Shown here: piece by piece, positions 13,850-31,923 of the stretch
Position numbering within the stretch: the stretch's first letter is position 1
Layout of the letters: each line of letters begins with the position of its first letter
From: the human T2T-CHM13v2.0 reference genome, Homo sapiens
NCBI RefSeq assembly: GCF_009914755.1
Contig: NC_060933.1
DNA length: 64,000 nucleotides
Reading direction: 5' to 3' (one strand)
Notes under the pieces: generated by a model
Databases searched by the model: none
The model's input: the letters and a program-made list of their open reading frames with translations, nothing else
What the model was told of the DNA's origin: nothing
Position numbers and translations under genes: made by a program

Positions 13850-15255
13850 TTCTATCTATTGACTTACTTTATATCAATGTAGATTCTTGTTTTCTTACTG
13901 AATCCAATTCAGTCTGTTACTATCAATATTTATTTTGATGCCCAAATTGTCATAGATTTAGCTAGTTACTTCAATTTGACTTCTGTGTTCTTTGGATATA
14001 TCTCTGTTATTTCTTACTTTCTGATACAAAAAGATGTTTCAGGCTCATCGTATACTTTTGCTGCATCAGTCCTGGGTCCAGCCATTTCTCTTAGTACCCC
14101 TTGTTCCTTTATTGGAGAATGGTATTTAGAAGTCAAGGTCGGAGTGCTACTTGTGTTCATTATTATTAATCTTAGGTGGTGTTGGTTTTAGGCCCTCTCG
14201 ATGGACAGAGCTAGTATACATACATGTTCACACATTTAAATCTCAACCTATTTCTCTACATATCTATGTATCTTGAAAATCATGAGTTTACATCAGTACC
14301 TCTAGTTGTAATTTAACACTACAGGGTTTATTCTAGTTTTCTTCCTTTCCACATTGGTGACTTCTTTCTCCAACAATGAGAAATCTGGTTCCCATTAGCC
14401 TAAACATATTTGCTTATTTAGTCAGTCCTCCTGTCTGTAAGCAATCTCTCATCACCACCATGGCCCTTCAGGTATGGCTGTCCTCTTCCACCCACTTGGG
14501 CTTAGACCTCTATGTGCCCAGCAGCTGTGTTATGTAGGCACCCTCCTCAACTCACTGGATATCCAAAACCTGGAACCAGGCAACCTTTCTATGATAAATG
14601 CCTATTCACCCTGCTTCAGCTCTTACACTCTGCTCTGGGACACTGTAACAGCTCCTAACTGCTCCCTTCCTCCTCTTTAGGTTTGGATACCTATTTTGCT
14701 TGACTTAACTAATGATTATAAGATTGAATTAGGAAGGGAAGAGGAAGAGACATACTGTATTCCCTCCCAGCACCCCACCCCTTATTTTATTGAGGAGTAA
14801 TTGACATGCAAAAAATGCATGCATTTAAAGTGTACAATTTGAGGAGTTTTGATATACATGAATATGTACATGTTAAATCATTACACTCAAGATAGCAAAC
14901 ACATCCTTATTCCCCCATTCAGTTTGAGGTTTTTTTTTGAATTAAACTTTTTATTTTGAGATAAATATACATTCATGTGTGGTTGTAAGAAATAATAGAG
15001 AGATCTCATGTACACTTAACCCATTTTCCTCCAGTGGTAACATCTTACAAAATTGTAGTATGATATCACAACCATTGACATTGACATTGAAATAGCCAAG
15101 ACACAGAACATTTCTCTCACCATGAGAACCCCTCATGTTGCCATTTTATAGACATACCCACTTCCTACCTCCCTCCACTCCATCTAATCTGTTTTCCAAT
15201 GTTACATTTTTGCCATTTCAGTAATATTATATATATATATATATATGTACACATG

Positions 15256-15305
<50 letters not shown>

Positions 15306-16925
15306 AATCATATAGTACATAATTTTGGGGGAATTTTTTCCCCCTCAGCTTAATTCTTTTGAGTGTCATTTAAGCTGTTGGATTTATCAGTAGTTTATTA
15401 TTTTTATTCCATGGCATGGGTGTACTGCAATTTGCTTTACCACTCATTAAATGACAATTGGGTTGTTTCCAGTGTTGAGCTGTTATGAATAAAGCTTTCA
15501 TAAACATTTCTGTACAGTTTTCATGTGAACATAAATCTTCATTTCTTTATGATAAATGACCAGGAGTATGATTGCTGAGTTGTATGATAGTTGCATGTTT
15601 AGTTTTTTATGAAGCTGTCAAGCTGTAGCCGTACCGTTTTACATTTCCGTCAGCAGTGTATGAGTGATCCAGTTTCACCTCATCTTTGTCAGCATTTGGT
15701 GTTGTCACTATTTTTTAGAAACAAAATGCGCTGCTCTGACAAGCGTGTAGTGATATCTCACTGTGGTTTTAATTTGCATTTTCTGAGTGGCTAATGATGG
15801 TGAACCTTTTTCATGTGCTTATTTTCCATCTGTATATCTTCTCTGGTAAAATGTCTCTTCAAGGCTTTTGTCCATGTTCTAGTAGGATTGTTTGCTTTTT
15901 TTATTGTTGAGTTGTCAGAGTTCTTAACATATTCTAGATACGACGCCTGTGTTGGATAGATGATTTGTTAAGAGTTTCTCCCAGTCTGTAGCTTCTTTTC
16001 ATCTTCTCAATAGAGTATTTTACAGAGCAATAGTTTTAAACTTTGATGAAATTCAACTTAGCCATTTTTTCCTTTTATGAATTGTGCTTTTGTTGTCATG
16101 TCTAAGACTCTGCCTGGCCTTTGACCCTGAAGACTTTCTCTTTTTTTTCCCTGAAAGTTTTATAGTTTAGTATTTACATCCAAGTCTGTGATTCATTTTG
16201 AATTAATTTTTGTGTAAGGTGTGAGACTTAGGCAGAGGATTTTTTTTTGCCTCTATGGATATCCATATGCTCAACACTACTGAATTGAATTGAATATGTT
16301 TACTCCATTGAATTGTTTTTTGTACTTTGTCAAAAATTCATCGAGCATATTTGTGTGGGTCTATTTCTGGGTTTTCTGTTCTGTTTCACTGGTCTGTGTA
16401 TCTCTCTGTTAACACTACAGAGTCTTGATTCCTGTAGTTACATAGCAAGTCTTAAAATTAGATAGACTGATTTTTTCTAATTTATTCTTCTTTTCCAAAA
16501 TTGAGCTGTTCCTGTTCCTTGCCCTTTCTATATAATTTGTAGAATAATCTTGTGTATAAAAATATGCTGAGATTTTGATAGCAACTGTATTAAACATTTG
16601 TATAATTAGGGGAGAACTGACATCTTTATATATTAAATCTTCCAACCCATGAACATGCTATACTAAAGCTTTCCATTTATTTAGGTCTTCTGCATTTCAT
16701 TCATTGGTACTGTGTAGTTTTTAGCATACAAGTCTTGTACATGTTTTATTAGATTTACACTTAAGTATTTTTTTTAGTTATTCCATATGATACTGCACTT
16801 TTAAATTTCTTGCCTATGTACTGATTGATAATATATAGAAACAATAGGATTTCGTCTTTATTTTGTATCCTTTGACTTTGCTGAACTAATGTATAACTTC
16901 TAGGAGTGTTTTTGCAGATCCCTTG
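13850..16925 (-). mobile_element. Mosaic of old L1M (MB/MC/ME-type) fragments
   Basis: T-rich L1 antisense text (ttgcatttttctgagtggctaatg, ttttgatagcaactgtattaaac); boundaries approximate. Confidence 0.7.
15226..15303. repeat. Interrupted (TA)n microsatellite
   Basis: Two TA runs separated by gtacacatggaa. Confidence 0.95.
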
Positions 16926-17733
16926 ATATGTAAAAGGGAGGTGATCCACCCACCCTGGCCTCCCAAAGTGCTGGGATAAAACTACTGTTTTAAAATACAA
17001 TTATAAAGGATTTTGCCTCAGAACCTGTTCTGCTTCAGGCTTTTGGGGATCCTGAAAACAGCTGCCTCCAAGTGGCTTATCCCAAGGACAGTGGTCACGA
17101 TATGAGGGCGAGAGCATTGAGGAGCCTTCCTAGGCAATTGGGAAGATATGAAAGTCCTAAACTAGTAGTTTATCTATACTGAGCATCCTCAAGTGGTAGC
17201 ATATTACTCTAAGAGCTTTTGGAAAAGACTTCTCCTTGGAGATAATAAAACCAAGTGCAATGTGAAATCTAAGACCAGACTTCTGGGTGACGGTGTAGGT
17301 AAATTGGGAAGATGTCATGGGTCCAGGGGTGAGACAGTCTTATCCTACCAGAAGCCACCTCTGCCACCTCCCACAGGCTGCTTAAAATGCTTTGGTAAGA
17401 GCTTATTACAAGGCTTGGTGGTAGAATGTGTGAAATGTTTTCCTGGGAGGGATGACATTTTAAACTTTTATTTTATACGTTACTGGTAGTCATAAGTAAT
17501 ATAGTTCTTAAAAGCAGATTTTAAGAGGGGGATAGGAAAAAAAAAACCTATGAAGACACTGATGCTACGAGTGGAAAGTAAAAGTTATCTAAGAGGTGAT
17601 AGAGTACCAAAAATAGCTTTTCGTTACTTCCCAAATTTGCCAGCTTTTAATGGACAAAGTGAATATTCTTAAATGTATGACTACTTTAATTTGAATATTA
17701 CAGCATACTTTTTACTTTAAGAAATTACATATT

Positions 17734-18037
17734 GCAGGGCATGGAGGCTCACGCCTGTAATCCCAGGATTTTGGAAGGCCAAGGCGGGCGGATCACGAGA
17801 TCAGGAGATTGAGACCATCCTGGCTAACACGGTGAAACCCCATCTGTACTAAAAATACAAAAAATTAGCCGGGCATGGTGGCGGGCGCCTGTAGCCCCAG
17901 TGACTCAGGAAGCTGAGGCAGGAGAATGGTGTGAACTCGGGAGGCGGAGCTTGCAGTAAGCCGAGATCGTGCCACTGCACTCCAGCCTGGGCGACAGAAC
18001 GAGACTACGTCTCAAAAAAAAAAAAAAAAAAAAAGAA
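17734..18037 (+). mobile_element. Alu (AluY/Sc-like)
   Basis: Perfect 15-nt TSD AAGAAATTACATATT at 17719-17733 and 18038-18052. Confidence 0.96.
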
Positions 18038-18099
18038 AAGAAATTACATATTAATATTGTGTAAAGTAGAAGCATTATGAATGTAGAGAATTTATTCAT

Positions 18100-18300
18100 T
18101 AGGGCTCTAATATTTACTACTGTCTGATCTAGAGAAGTCACTTACCCTCTCTGGGCTTCGGTTTCATTCACTGATAAAATAGGCACAATATTCAGAGTAA
18201 GATCAAAGTGCCTGTTACAATAAAAACAAATATTAACAATAAAAAAAATAGGTATAATACCTGACCTGCTGACCTTGTAAGTTGTGAAAATGCACTGAGA
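18100..18300. mobile_element. MIR remnant
   Basis: aagtcacttaccctctctgggcttcggtttcattcactgataaaat MIR core. Confidence 0.6.
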
Positions 18301-19118
18301 TGGCTGGAAGTAGAATTCTTCATAAAGTAGACAAATTTATTATTTATAGTTGGTGCTAGTGCAGAAAGGATAAGTGGTGTGAAGCACTGTCACTCAATGT
18401 CAATGGAATTTACTGTTGGTGGTACAGGAAAAGAAAATAAATATATCTCTAGTCTCTTGTTCCTTTACATTTTGAAGGCGCTTCTACCAGGTTCAGAAAA
18501 GGAATCTTATTAGCATTTGGGGAAAAGCCTTTTTACTGAAACTTCTGGTAGGTTTCAACTGTAGGCATACATATGTTTGTAAAGATATCTAGCCAATGAA
18601 TGACAGTTTAAAAGAGAGAAGCTGTTCTTTGACCATCTCCTCAAAGAATCATTAATCCATATTAGAAAATTGGAGAGAGTGCACATGCAGGGATTTTTTG
18701 CTAAAGAGCATGATGTGTCTGAGGAGTTATGACTCACAGTATCTCTGTTCCAGAGATCACTTGGCGATTGTAAATGCTGGAGGCGGGGGAACCTCTCCTC
18801 TGCATTTGTATACCTCTTGAGCTGTGTAGAATTAATCGCTCCAACTGCACCAGGAGGTAAATGGCAGAGCCCGTGGCTTACAGATGCTTGTGTCTCCTAG
18901 TTTCCAGCAGTAAGTATTTATTAGATGAAAACTCGGCCGAGACTGCATATTAAAGAGAAGAGGAAGGGGCATCTCTTGGCAGATTTTATCCTCAAGGCAG
19001 GTTACCTGCTCCTGCATAATTGAAAAGAGACCTGGCCTGGCTTGGAGGCTGTCTTAGCCCTTCAAAAGAGATCAACAAACAGTGGTGGCCAATGGGTGTC
19101 AAATAAAGAGCTTTATAG

Positions 19119-19543
19119 TGTTAAAAGAAACTTCAGACAAATTAAATTTAAAGGAGTTTGAGCAATGAATGACTTGTGAATTGGGCAGACCCCAGAATCA
19201 GAGCAGATTCACAGAGACTCCACGGATGCCTCGTGGTTAGAACAAATTTATAGACAAAAAAGGTAAAGTGATGTATAGGAATTGGAAGTGAGGTACAGAA
19301 AGAGTGAGATTGGTTACAGCTTGGCGTTTGCCTTATTTGAACACAGTTTGAACATTCAGCAGTCTGTGAGTGGTTGAATTATGGCCGCTGGGATTGGCCA
19401 ACACTCAGCTGTTGTTACAGGTGCATACTATTGAGTTAGGTTTTCAATTTGTCTGACTATTAAGCTAGGTTACAGTTCATCCCCAAGGACTCAAATATAG
19501 AAGTATGGAGTCCTTCTCAAGCCATACTTACTTTGCTTTAACA
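19119..19543. mobile_element. ERV1 solo LTR, MER57-like
   Basis: TGTTAAA...TTTAACA inverted termini; 4-nt TSD ATAG at 19115-19118 and 19544-19547. Confidence 0.85.
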
Positions 19544-20044
19544 ATAGTTTAAGAAAGACATAAGAAATTAAAAGACAGTTTAGAGGACAGCTGTCATGAT
19601 AAAGAGTTTAGAAAAGAATGTGTAGGAAGGTGGGTTAGGGGTGGGGGATATTGGAATTATTTAAACTGACAAGAGTCACCCGAATAAAGTATGACAGGCA
19701 GTTGGTATTTGGACATTTGCAGAAGTGATTATGTAGAATATAGAGCAGATGTTCTCAAGTTTTTTTGGATGCCAAGGCACTCGGGAAAAGATCACATTTA
19801 CATGACCCACAGTGTAGTCAGGTGAGGTTGCTTAAGACTACATTCTGCTCTAAGGCTTTGACACACCTAAGTCTCACTCTGCTACCAAACACTGATGGGA
19901 TCAGTAGTATCATCCACAATACCAGCAGGATGACTTAATAGTAGAAAGGAGAGCCTCATTGCTCTTATCAGTTTGCAAACCAGGAAGGGACAGCATCCAG
20001 TGTGGAATGAAGGTGCTCTCTGTTGGAATAGGGGAAGGACAGGT

Positions 20045-20510
20045 TGTGTTTTACATTCATATTCATACATACTCAACAAGTTTTGGGGAGAAGCTATACA
20101 TACTTCTGTGGGAGCTGAGCACACCACAATGAGTAAATATATGTATCATACATCCCATGTTCACTTTGGAATGGGGTTTTAGCACTAAAATGAGGTAGAA
20201 TTTGGTCCTTTACATCATAAGGTAAACTATGGGACACAAAGGTGGTTTGTATGCAGCCTCTATATGCTGGCAGATACTGGCAATCTGTAATATTAGTAGC
20301 TTATCAGAAAAGAATGTTTGTAAGGCCGGTCCTCTGTCCGATCAGAGCTGATAGCTCGTTTGGTTAGAGGCAGTCTATTTATAGAAAGTTAGAAATTTGC
20401 CATGCCATCCAGGCCCTGAACCCTTGACCCATAGGTAACTTTGTTTCCTTACCCTTAGGGCCTGTCTTAGTTGATAAAGGGGCATCTATTTTGGTCTTTT
20501 AGGTCATAAT
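20045..20510 (-). mobile_element. ERV1 MER4-group LTR (MER34/MER39-like)
   Basis: catcccatgttcactttggaatggggttttagca...gtcttagttgataaaggggcatctattttggtct; subfamily by eye. Confidence 0.65.
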
Positions 20511-20720
20511 AGCTTAGCGCACTGTAACCTATCCCTGCTTTAAGGGAGTTGCATACTTGTTACCAAATTGATGTGGAGGGCTGGGACTGTCTGTATTTGA
20601 GGGAGAGTTAGAAATGTGGGGTCATAATGACAAATAAGATTGAAATAAAAGGAGGAACTAATTGATTCTGGATTTGAAAATACTGATAGATTTGTCACAG
20701 GATGGGTGTGTGGGTGTGTT

Positions 20721-21175
20721 TGTAAAGAAAAGAACTTTTATCTGAGGCATGTGAGTCCTCTTAAGTTATCAGGCCTAGAGAGACATTAAAATGAGACAGA
20801 AATCACAGCCCTATTTCCTCCTTGAGCTATGTATTCATCTCTTGAAACTGCTTGCTATTGCCACATGGAGCTATATAGTAACCCAATAATGCCACACCTG
20901 ACAGGATAACCCACCCCATATAGCTTAACAATGTATAGCCAATCACTAATCAATGTCGCTTCTGTAAACCAATGAGAATTCCTGATTACAACTTTGTATC
21001 AGCCCACTCCTTGACCTCTTTTTTTGACTTTGAAAACCCACTCATAACTGCTGCTAATTGGAGTGTATATTCAGGGGGACTTGCATCTGTGTTCCCAGGT
21101 CGCAATCCTCAAGCTTGACCCAAATGAACTGTGTGTTTATAATAATTTGCCTCAACTTCTTCCTTTTAGGTCGAT
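20721..21175 (+). mobile_element. ERV1 MER4-group solo LTR
   Basis: TG start; CCAAT boxes (agccaatcactaatcaatg, aaccaatgagaattcc); R/U5-like end ctcaagcttgacccaaatgaac...ttttaggtcga. Confidence 0.65.
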
Positions 21176-21351
21176 GTGTATGTGTGTTTGTGTAGAGAGT
21201 ATGTTCCAAAAGTGCTTGAACAGTTTAAACCTCACTAACTTCAGAAAAGTAAGTTCTATAAATTAACCCCCAAGATCCCTTGAAGTTTTAATTATATATA
21301 TTTATTGTACACTTATTTTTGTTTTATAGATGTTAAATAATGCATTATTAG

Positions 21352-21853
21352 TGAAACCATGCCCCAGAGAGTTGAAGAAAACAGTGACTAATGAAATAAT
21401 CAGTTTACAGGATAGGCGATTAAAAAACAACAACAACAATAACTTACTAAAATGCCAAAACTCTCCCTGCTTCTGAGATTAAAAAACTGGCTAAAATGAA
21501 TTAAAACTATTAAGGCCAACTGGAGTTGGCACAGAACAAGCTGGCTGGCGTCACAGCCCAAATTTCTGCCACGTTTCAACCAACTCCCCACAAATGTGCA
21601 CATGGAATACATGAGGCAGCGTTAAACAGAACTGTGCATGCGGAGGACTTACAGACCTCCGCTTTCCTTCCACCAATCAACTATTAATTCCAGAGGCCAC
21701 TCCCTAAACTTTTTCTAATAAAATGACCCCATGAAAGCCAGCACAGGGGACAGGTTTGATCTGGACTCCTGTCTTATTGTTCGTTAATTTACAATAAAAA
21801 CCTTCTTTTCTCAAAAACCCAAATTGGGCAGTGAGCTTCTTTTCCTTGATAAC
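21352..21853 (+). mobile_element. ERV1-class solo LTR
   Basis: tgaaacc start; ccaccaatca; aataaaaaccttcttttctcaaaaaccc; ends near gataaca. Confidence 0.6.
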
Positions 21854-22319
21854 ATTAGTTTTAATCATTTGAGACAGTCACTCTGATTGGAAATAGTAAA
21901 AACTGACTTCAAAACAAAAAATGTAATGTTCAACATTCACAAAACGAAGCAAGTATAAAGGAAATTTAAGTTTTATATCTGCATTTATGTAAGGCAGAAA
22001 CGTTCTGTAGGTAAGATGGATTTGAGGACATATGTGATCCTGAGAGTGGCAATGCCTGGGTACAACAAATATTCCAGGCAGTATTTCAGGCTTTCAAGGC
22101 AGTGTGGTTGGTGGGGTCCAAGTTAAGAGCTCCAAACAGTAAAGCGGGACTTGGGTAATGCCTGGTTTACTGTTGGAACAAACCAAAAATTCCACTAAGA
22201 TAAATATATGACATGAAAAGGGATGGAGTTGGGAAATGGAGTGGCAAGGTAGGGCAGAGGGACCTAGAGGGCCCAGGAGAGTCAGCTGGGCTGGTGGGGT
22301 TGGGGCTGTGGACACACCC

Positions 22320-22653
<334 letters not shown>

Positions 22654-23318
22654 TGAACACCCAAGAGAGATGCCCTGTTGTTGTTTCCCAATCCTATTCC
22701 AACATTTCTAAATAAGTTTGGTTGGTACAGAGACATGTTTTAGATGGGAAGTCTGAAGAGAGGATAGAACTTCACTCTTCTATGGAAGAGGTTGGGCAGA
22801 CATAGGGGTTCAGGAGGACTAAGGTTTCCATCTGAAGCTCATAGTTTTCCATGTGAAGCTACCTATCTGGCTGTGGTGGAGAGTTCCAGGATAAAATCCC
22901 AAACACAGTAATTCTGTGGTCCCAGGTGGGATTATTTAGAGATTGTGGGCTCTCTGAAGGAGAACGGTCTCTGCTGAAATTTGATCATGAGTCAGATTCC
23001 CATGTCACCTGTCACTTGACCAAGTCTTCCTTCGTGTTGGGCTGACCAGAGGAGTAATGCTGAGAGTCTCTGAGCAGAGGCTGGAGCTATAGGCCTGTCT
23101 CCGTGACACTTGTCCCATGAGGGAGCACAGATGTGACTGTTGACCTCTGAGTCTTTGCCCTCCTTCAGAATTGCTAACTGAGTACATCAAGTGTGGCTCT
23201 CACAGCAAAATCTTCTTTGAGGATTTTTCAGAGAAGGAAAAATGGGAGCTATTTTATCACCATTAAAAATTGATAACAGGAACATATTTCTATTAATTAA
23301 AGAGTAATATTCTTGTAT

Positions 23319-23350
23319 AATGAATGAATGAATGAATGAATGAATGAATG
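23319..23350. repeat. (AATG)8 microsatellite in SPATA31D1 intron 1
   Basis: Perfect tetranucleotide run. Confidence 0.95.
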
Positions 23351-23411
23351 AGCTTCATAGAGAGTGAGAGAAGTGAGTCCCAGCCTGTCATTATCTGTCT
23401 TTTGTTCTCAG

Positions 23412-23457
23412 CATCAGGGCAGAGCCAAGAGGAGAAGGAAAGGTGGGACATTCAAAG
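23412..23457 (+). CDS. SPATA31D1: SPATA31D1 coding exon 2 (46 nt; HQGRAKRRRKGGTFK, basic NLS-like patch)
   Basis: Acceptor tttttgttctcag|CAT, donor AAG|gtaatg; same length and near-identical peptide in the pseudogene exon 209-254. Confidence 0.93.
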
Positions 23458-23971
23458 GTAATGTCAGCCTGCTCTATCTGAGCTTCAGGGGTGACCCTTT
23501 CTGTCTCTTTCATGATGACTCAGTCCCATGATTTCTTAGAATGTCAGTTACTAGATGCAGTCTTAGAAAACAGAGCCCTCAGAAGACAGGCTCATGGGAA
23601 AGCAATCAGACCTGAGACACTGCTCAGAGGCCCTGCTCTGCCCATTTACGGGCAGGACAAAGTGATGGACCTGAGCAATGGGTGTTGCCCAATTGGTGGC
23701 CAACTGAGATATCCAGGAGGGACTGCTGGTGGGCTTGGAGTCAGAGCTTCTGTCTCACAACTTTGCATACGTACTTTGACTTCCTCAATGCTCGGATTCC
23801 TCCTGGAGGTAACCACTGATGTCTGTGTTTCACGTGGTGGTTTTGAGCATCACATGGGGTAATGTATGTGAAAGGACTTTACTAATGATGCCACATACAC
23901 ATGTGAACTTGTGAATATTATCAATGACTATTTTCCCTTTTCTACTGATTCTTGGGGCTCTCAGAGTTTAA

Positions 23972-24121
<150 letters not shown>

Positions 24122-24371
24122 TGATTAATCTTTCCCTTTGTGTCCTGTTCCCACCCCACTCCTTCTTCTTTAGTACGTTCTATTCATTTCAGGGATTCCT
24201 TGTAGCCTGCTGTAGTTTTGGGAGTGGGTAGCCATAGGAATGGGTATGTGAATGAATGTGTTGGGGAGAGGCTATAGTGAGGTCATAGGACCTCATATAC
24301 GGTGAGGTCCTGGGTTGGGGGCAATGTGATATGGGCAGCAGGCTTTAGGGAACCCACCCCTGCCAGGCTAA

Positions 24372-28835
<4,464 letters not shown>

Positions 28836-28867
28836 TTCACTCCTTGTTGAGAATCTTGATTCTCCCC

Positions 28868-28873
28868 AATAAA
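28868..28873 (+). terminator. SPATA31D1: SPATA31D1 polyadenylation signal
   Basis: AATAAA 32 nt after the stop codon, followed by a GU-rich downstream element (tgtgtattgtgttgtgggg). Confidence 0.85.
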
Positions 28874-30260
28874 TGTTCCAATAAGAAGGATGTCTTTTCT
28901 GTGTATTGTGTTGTGGGGTATGGGTTTTGGGTAACCGAAGCTAGTGGTTAGGGAAAGGTGGGGTTAGCTCAGCTCTTACTGACTCCCTGCTTTGACTTTT
29001 AAAATGTGCCGAACCCCCTGGAGCTGTTGTGGTGGAATGAGTATCATGTGCCTCCAAAAGCCCCTTCTCTCCCTGATGAGGTCCGAGGAGATGAGGTCTT
29101 TCCTACCTCTTTGCTTGAGACTTACTGATATTGTATGGCGGCCTTCACCTTCCTCCCCATTCACTGCTTCATATCCTTTAGAGCAGTGAGGAAGGCAGCC
29201 CTTCCATATCTGAAGACAGGGTGAAGGACAGGTATATTTTTCAGAAATAGTGGTTTAAGCACTGTTTAAAAAAAGTTGTCACAGACCACAGTATCTTATA
29301 GGTTGGTGGGAGTGTTTGGGATATTGCTGGTTGGGGTAGAGTGTCAGGAACACTGTGGATGCTGCTTAAGAATTTGACAAGCAGGGCATGCTCATGATTT
29401 AGGGAGGCATATTTTGACCTCAACGTTGAGGTCTTTCTACTAATAAGTCACTCTGGAGATGTAGTTCCCCTCCCTGTGTATTTCTCCATGCTGCCTGGAT
29501 TGATGACATTTTTACAGAGCAAAAATTCACCTAGCTGTCTGTGGCAGGACTGTTGACCAGGCAACCACCTACCTCCTAGGGTAAAATATAGCTTAGAGTA
29601 AGGAAAAGATGCCTTAGAATGATGAGAAAGTAAGAAAAAAGTGAAGCTAGGAAAGAATGACCATGCTGGTGGAAAAAGGTTTATGCCCCATCATGCCCAT
29701 TTCATGACCCTTTCTTAATCTAGATCTAGGCACCATCCCCTTGAGGCTTACCAGGATGCTGCAGAGGTTACAGATGCCATTTTGGCAGAAGTGTACCTCG
29801 GGCTGTTCTTTAAGGACTTAAACAGTATCTGCAGGGCTGTTGTCAACATGGCATCCCTCTCTTTAGGGAAGGTGATCTTTGTGCCTTCTTTCTAGCCATG
29901 TTGATGGCAATATGCAAGATCTTCCCTTAGTGTATACAGTGCACCTATCAGGATGGAGGTGTCACCCATGATGTTCATGGGCTTAGTGGAATATAATAGA
30001 TATTGTCTAGAATACCTGCAGCTCATGGTCCAGAGGTTAGTCCTGGACTACGCATGAGGGTTACAGATATTTGGGGGCTTACTATGAATCTTTACAGAAT
30101 GCTCCTTATTTCTAAGAGTGTGCACATATGCACACTTAAAATATTAGGGGCCTGAAGAGAAGGCAATTCCACTTATACAGACTGGGACTAATAAATGAAG
30201 TGAGTTTTCTAGAGGGCACTTGAGGTAAGTTCTCCAGAAAAATTTGTGAATGCTTGGTGT

Positions 30261-30312
30261 CAAAACAAAAACAAAACACAACAAAGCATAACAAAACAAA
30301 ACAAAACAAAAC
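30261..30312. repeat. Imperfect (CAAAA)n repeat
   Basis: Visible pentanucleotide run. Confidence 0.85.
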
Positions 30313-30564
30313 AGATGTCCACTACAGCTTCTTCACTATCCTTCTCTTTTCCTGTCCATGCTTATGCCACTGACCCTGCAGTGCCTGAATCTTAGGATTG
30401 CAGAAATAATTCAGATTCTGTGAAGGCCTTAAGAAGCACAAAATTGGGATGAAACCCAGGGCAAAGAACTTGTGGATGTGGAGAATCCATGGAGGACCCA
30501 AACATCCATGTGGATAGACTTGCCAATTACCTGGCCTCCTAATTCCTCTGTCATTCCATCTTAG

Positions 30565-30965
<401 letters not shown>

Positions 30966-31632
30966 TCATCAAAACCACCTCTACATCTGTAATAATACAG
31001 TCTAACATTCCACCCTTTGACCTCATCCTACTATCCTTCCAGCCTAGCCCCTCAATTTGTCAAATTTTCACACTGGGTTATTATTTTTCTACTTATCTGT
31101 CTACCAAGTTTTTGACTTAATTTCCTCCTTCTTCAATGCAGGTTTTACGGTCTATCCTATAACCAATATTTAACAAGCCCTACTTGAAATATGCCATATG
31201 CAATTCCCTTTAATCCTTCCTGTCTGACAAAATCCCATCTCTCTGCCTTTTCCATAAATGTCTTCCCTTAAATGACCTATCACTGTTGGATTAAATCTCA
31301 CAATCAAGTCTACTGACACCATGATAAATGCATGGTCAGTCTTAGCACTACCTGGAAATAATTCACTCATTCATCCAAAAAATACTTATCCTGTGCTTAC
31401 TAACAGAGAACAATACTAATGAAGCTTTGGTCATTTTTCCTTAGTCCACTTTTTCACCCATGTATTTCAAACCTTCTGCACTTTTCTCAAGTTTAGGCCA
31501 TCTCCACTTGCTCAGCAGATGTGCTGGCCTCACCATTCGGGAAACTAGAATCCATTGGATAGAAACGTTTCATAAAAAATTCTTCAAAAAACTATATCCA
31601 TCCCTCCTTTGTTTCCTTCCAAGGTTTCTTCA

Positions 31633-31923
31633 TTTTTTTTTGAGACAGAGTCTCGCTCTGTTGCCCAGGCTGGAGTGCAGTGGCGCGTTCCCGGCTCACT
31701 GCAACCTCTGCCTCCTGGGTTCAAGTGATTTTCCCAACTCAGGCTCCTGAGTAGCTGGGATTACAGGTGCGCACCACCACACCTGGTTAAGTTTTGTATT
31801 TTTAGTATAGATGAGGTTTCTCCTTGTTGGCCAGGCTGCTTTTGAACTCCTAACCTCAGGTGATATGCCTGCCTCGACCTCTCAAAGTGCCGGGATTACA
31901 GGTGTGAACCATCATGTTTGACC
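31633..31923 (-). mobile_element. Alu (Sx-like)
   Basis: TSD cctt(c/g)caaggtttct at 31615-31629 and 31925-31939. Confidence 0.93.

Noticed and set aside
23491-23862. 123-aa ORF in SPATA31D1 intron 2
   Set aside because: Non-ATG start, frame not kept in the homologous pseudogene intron, no recognisable motif
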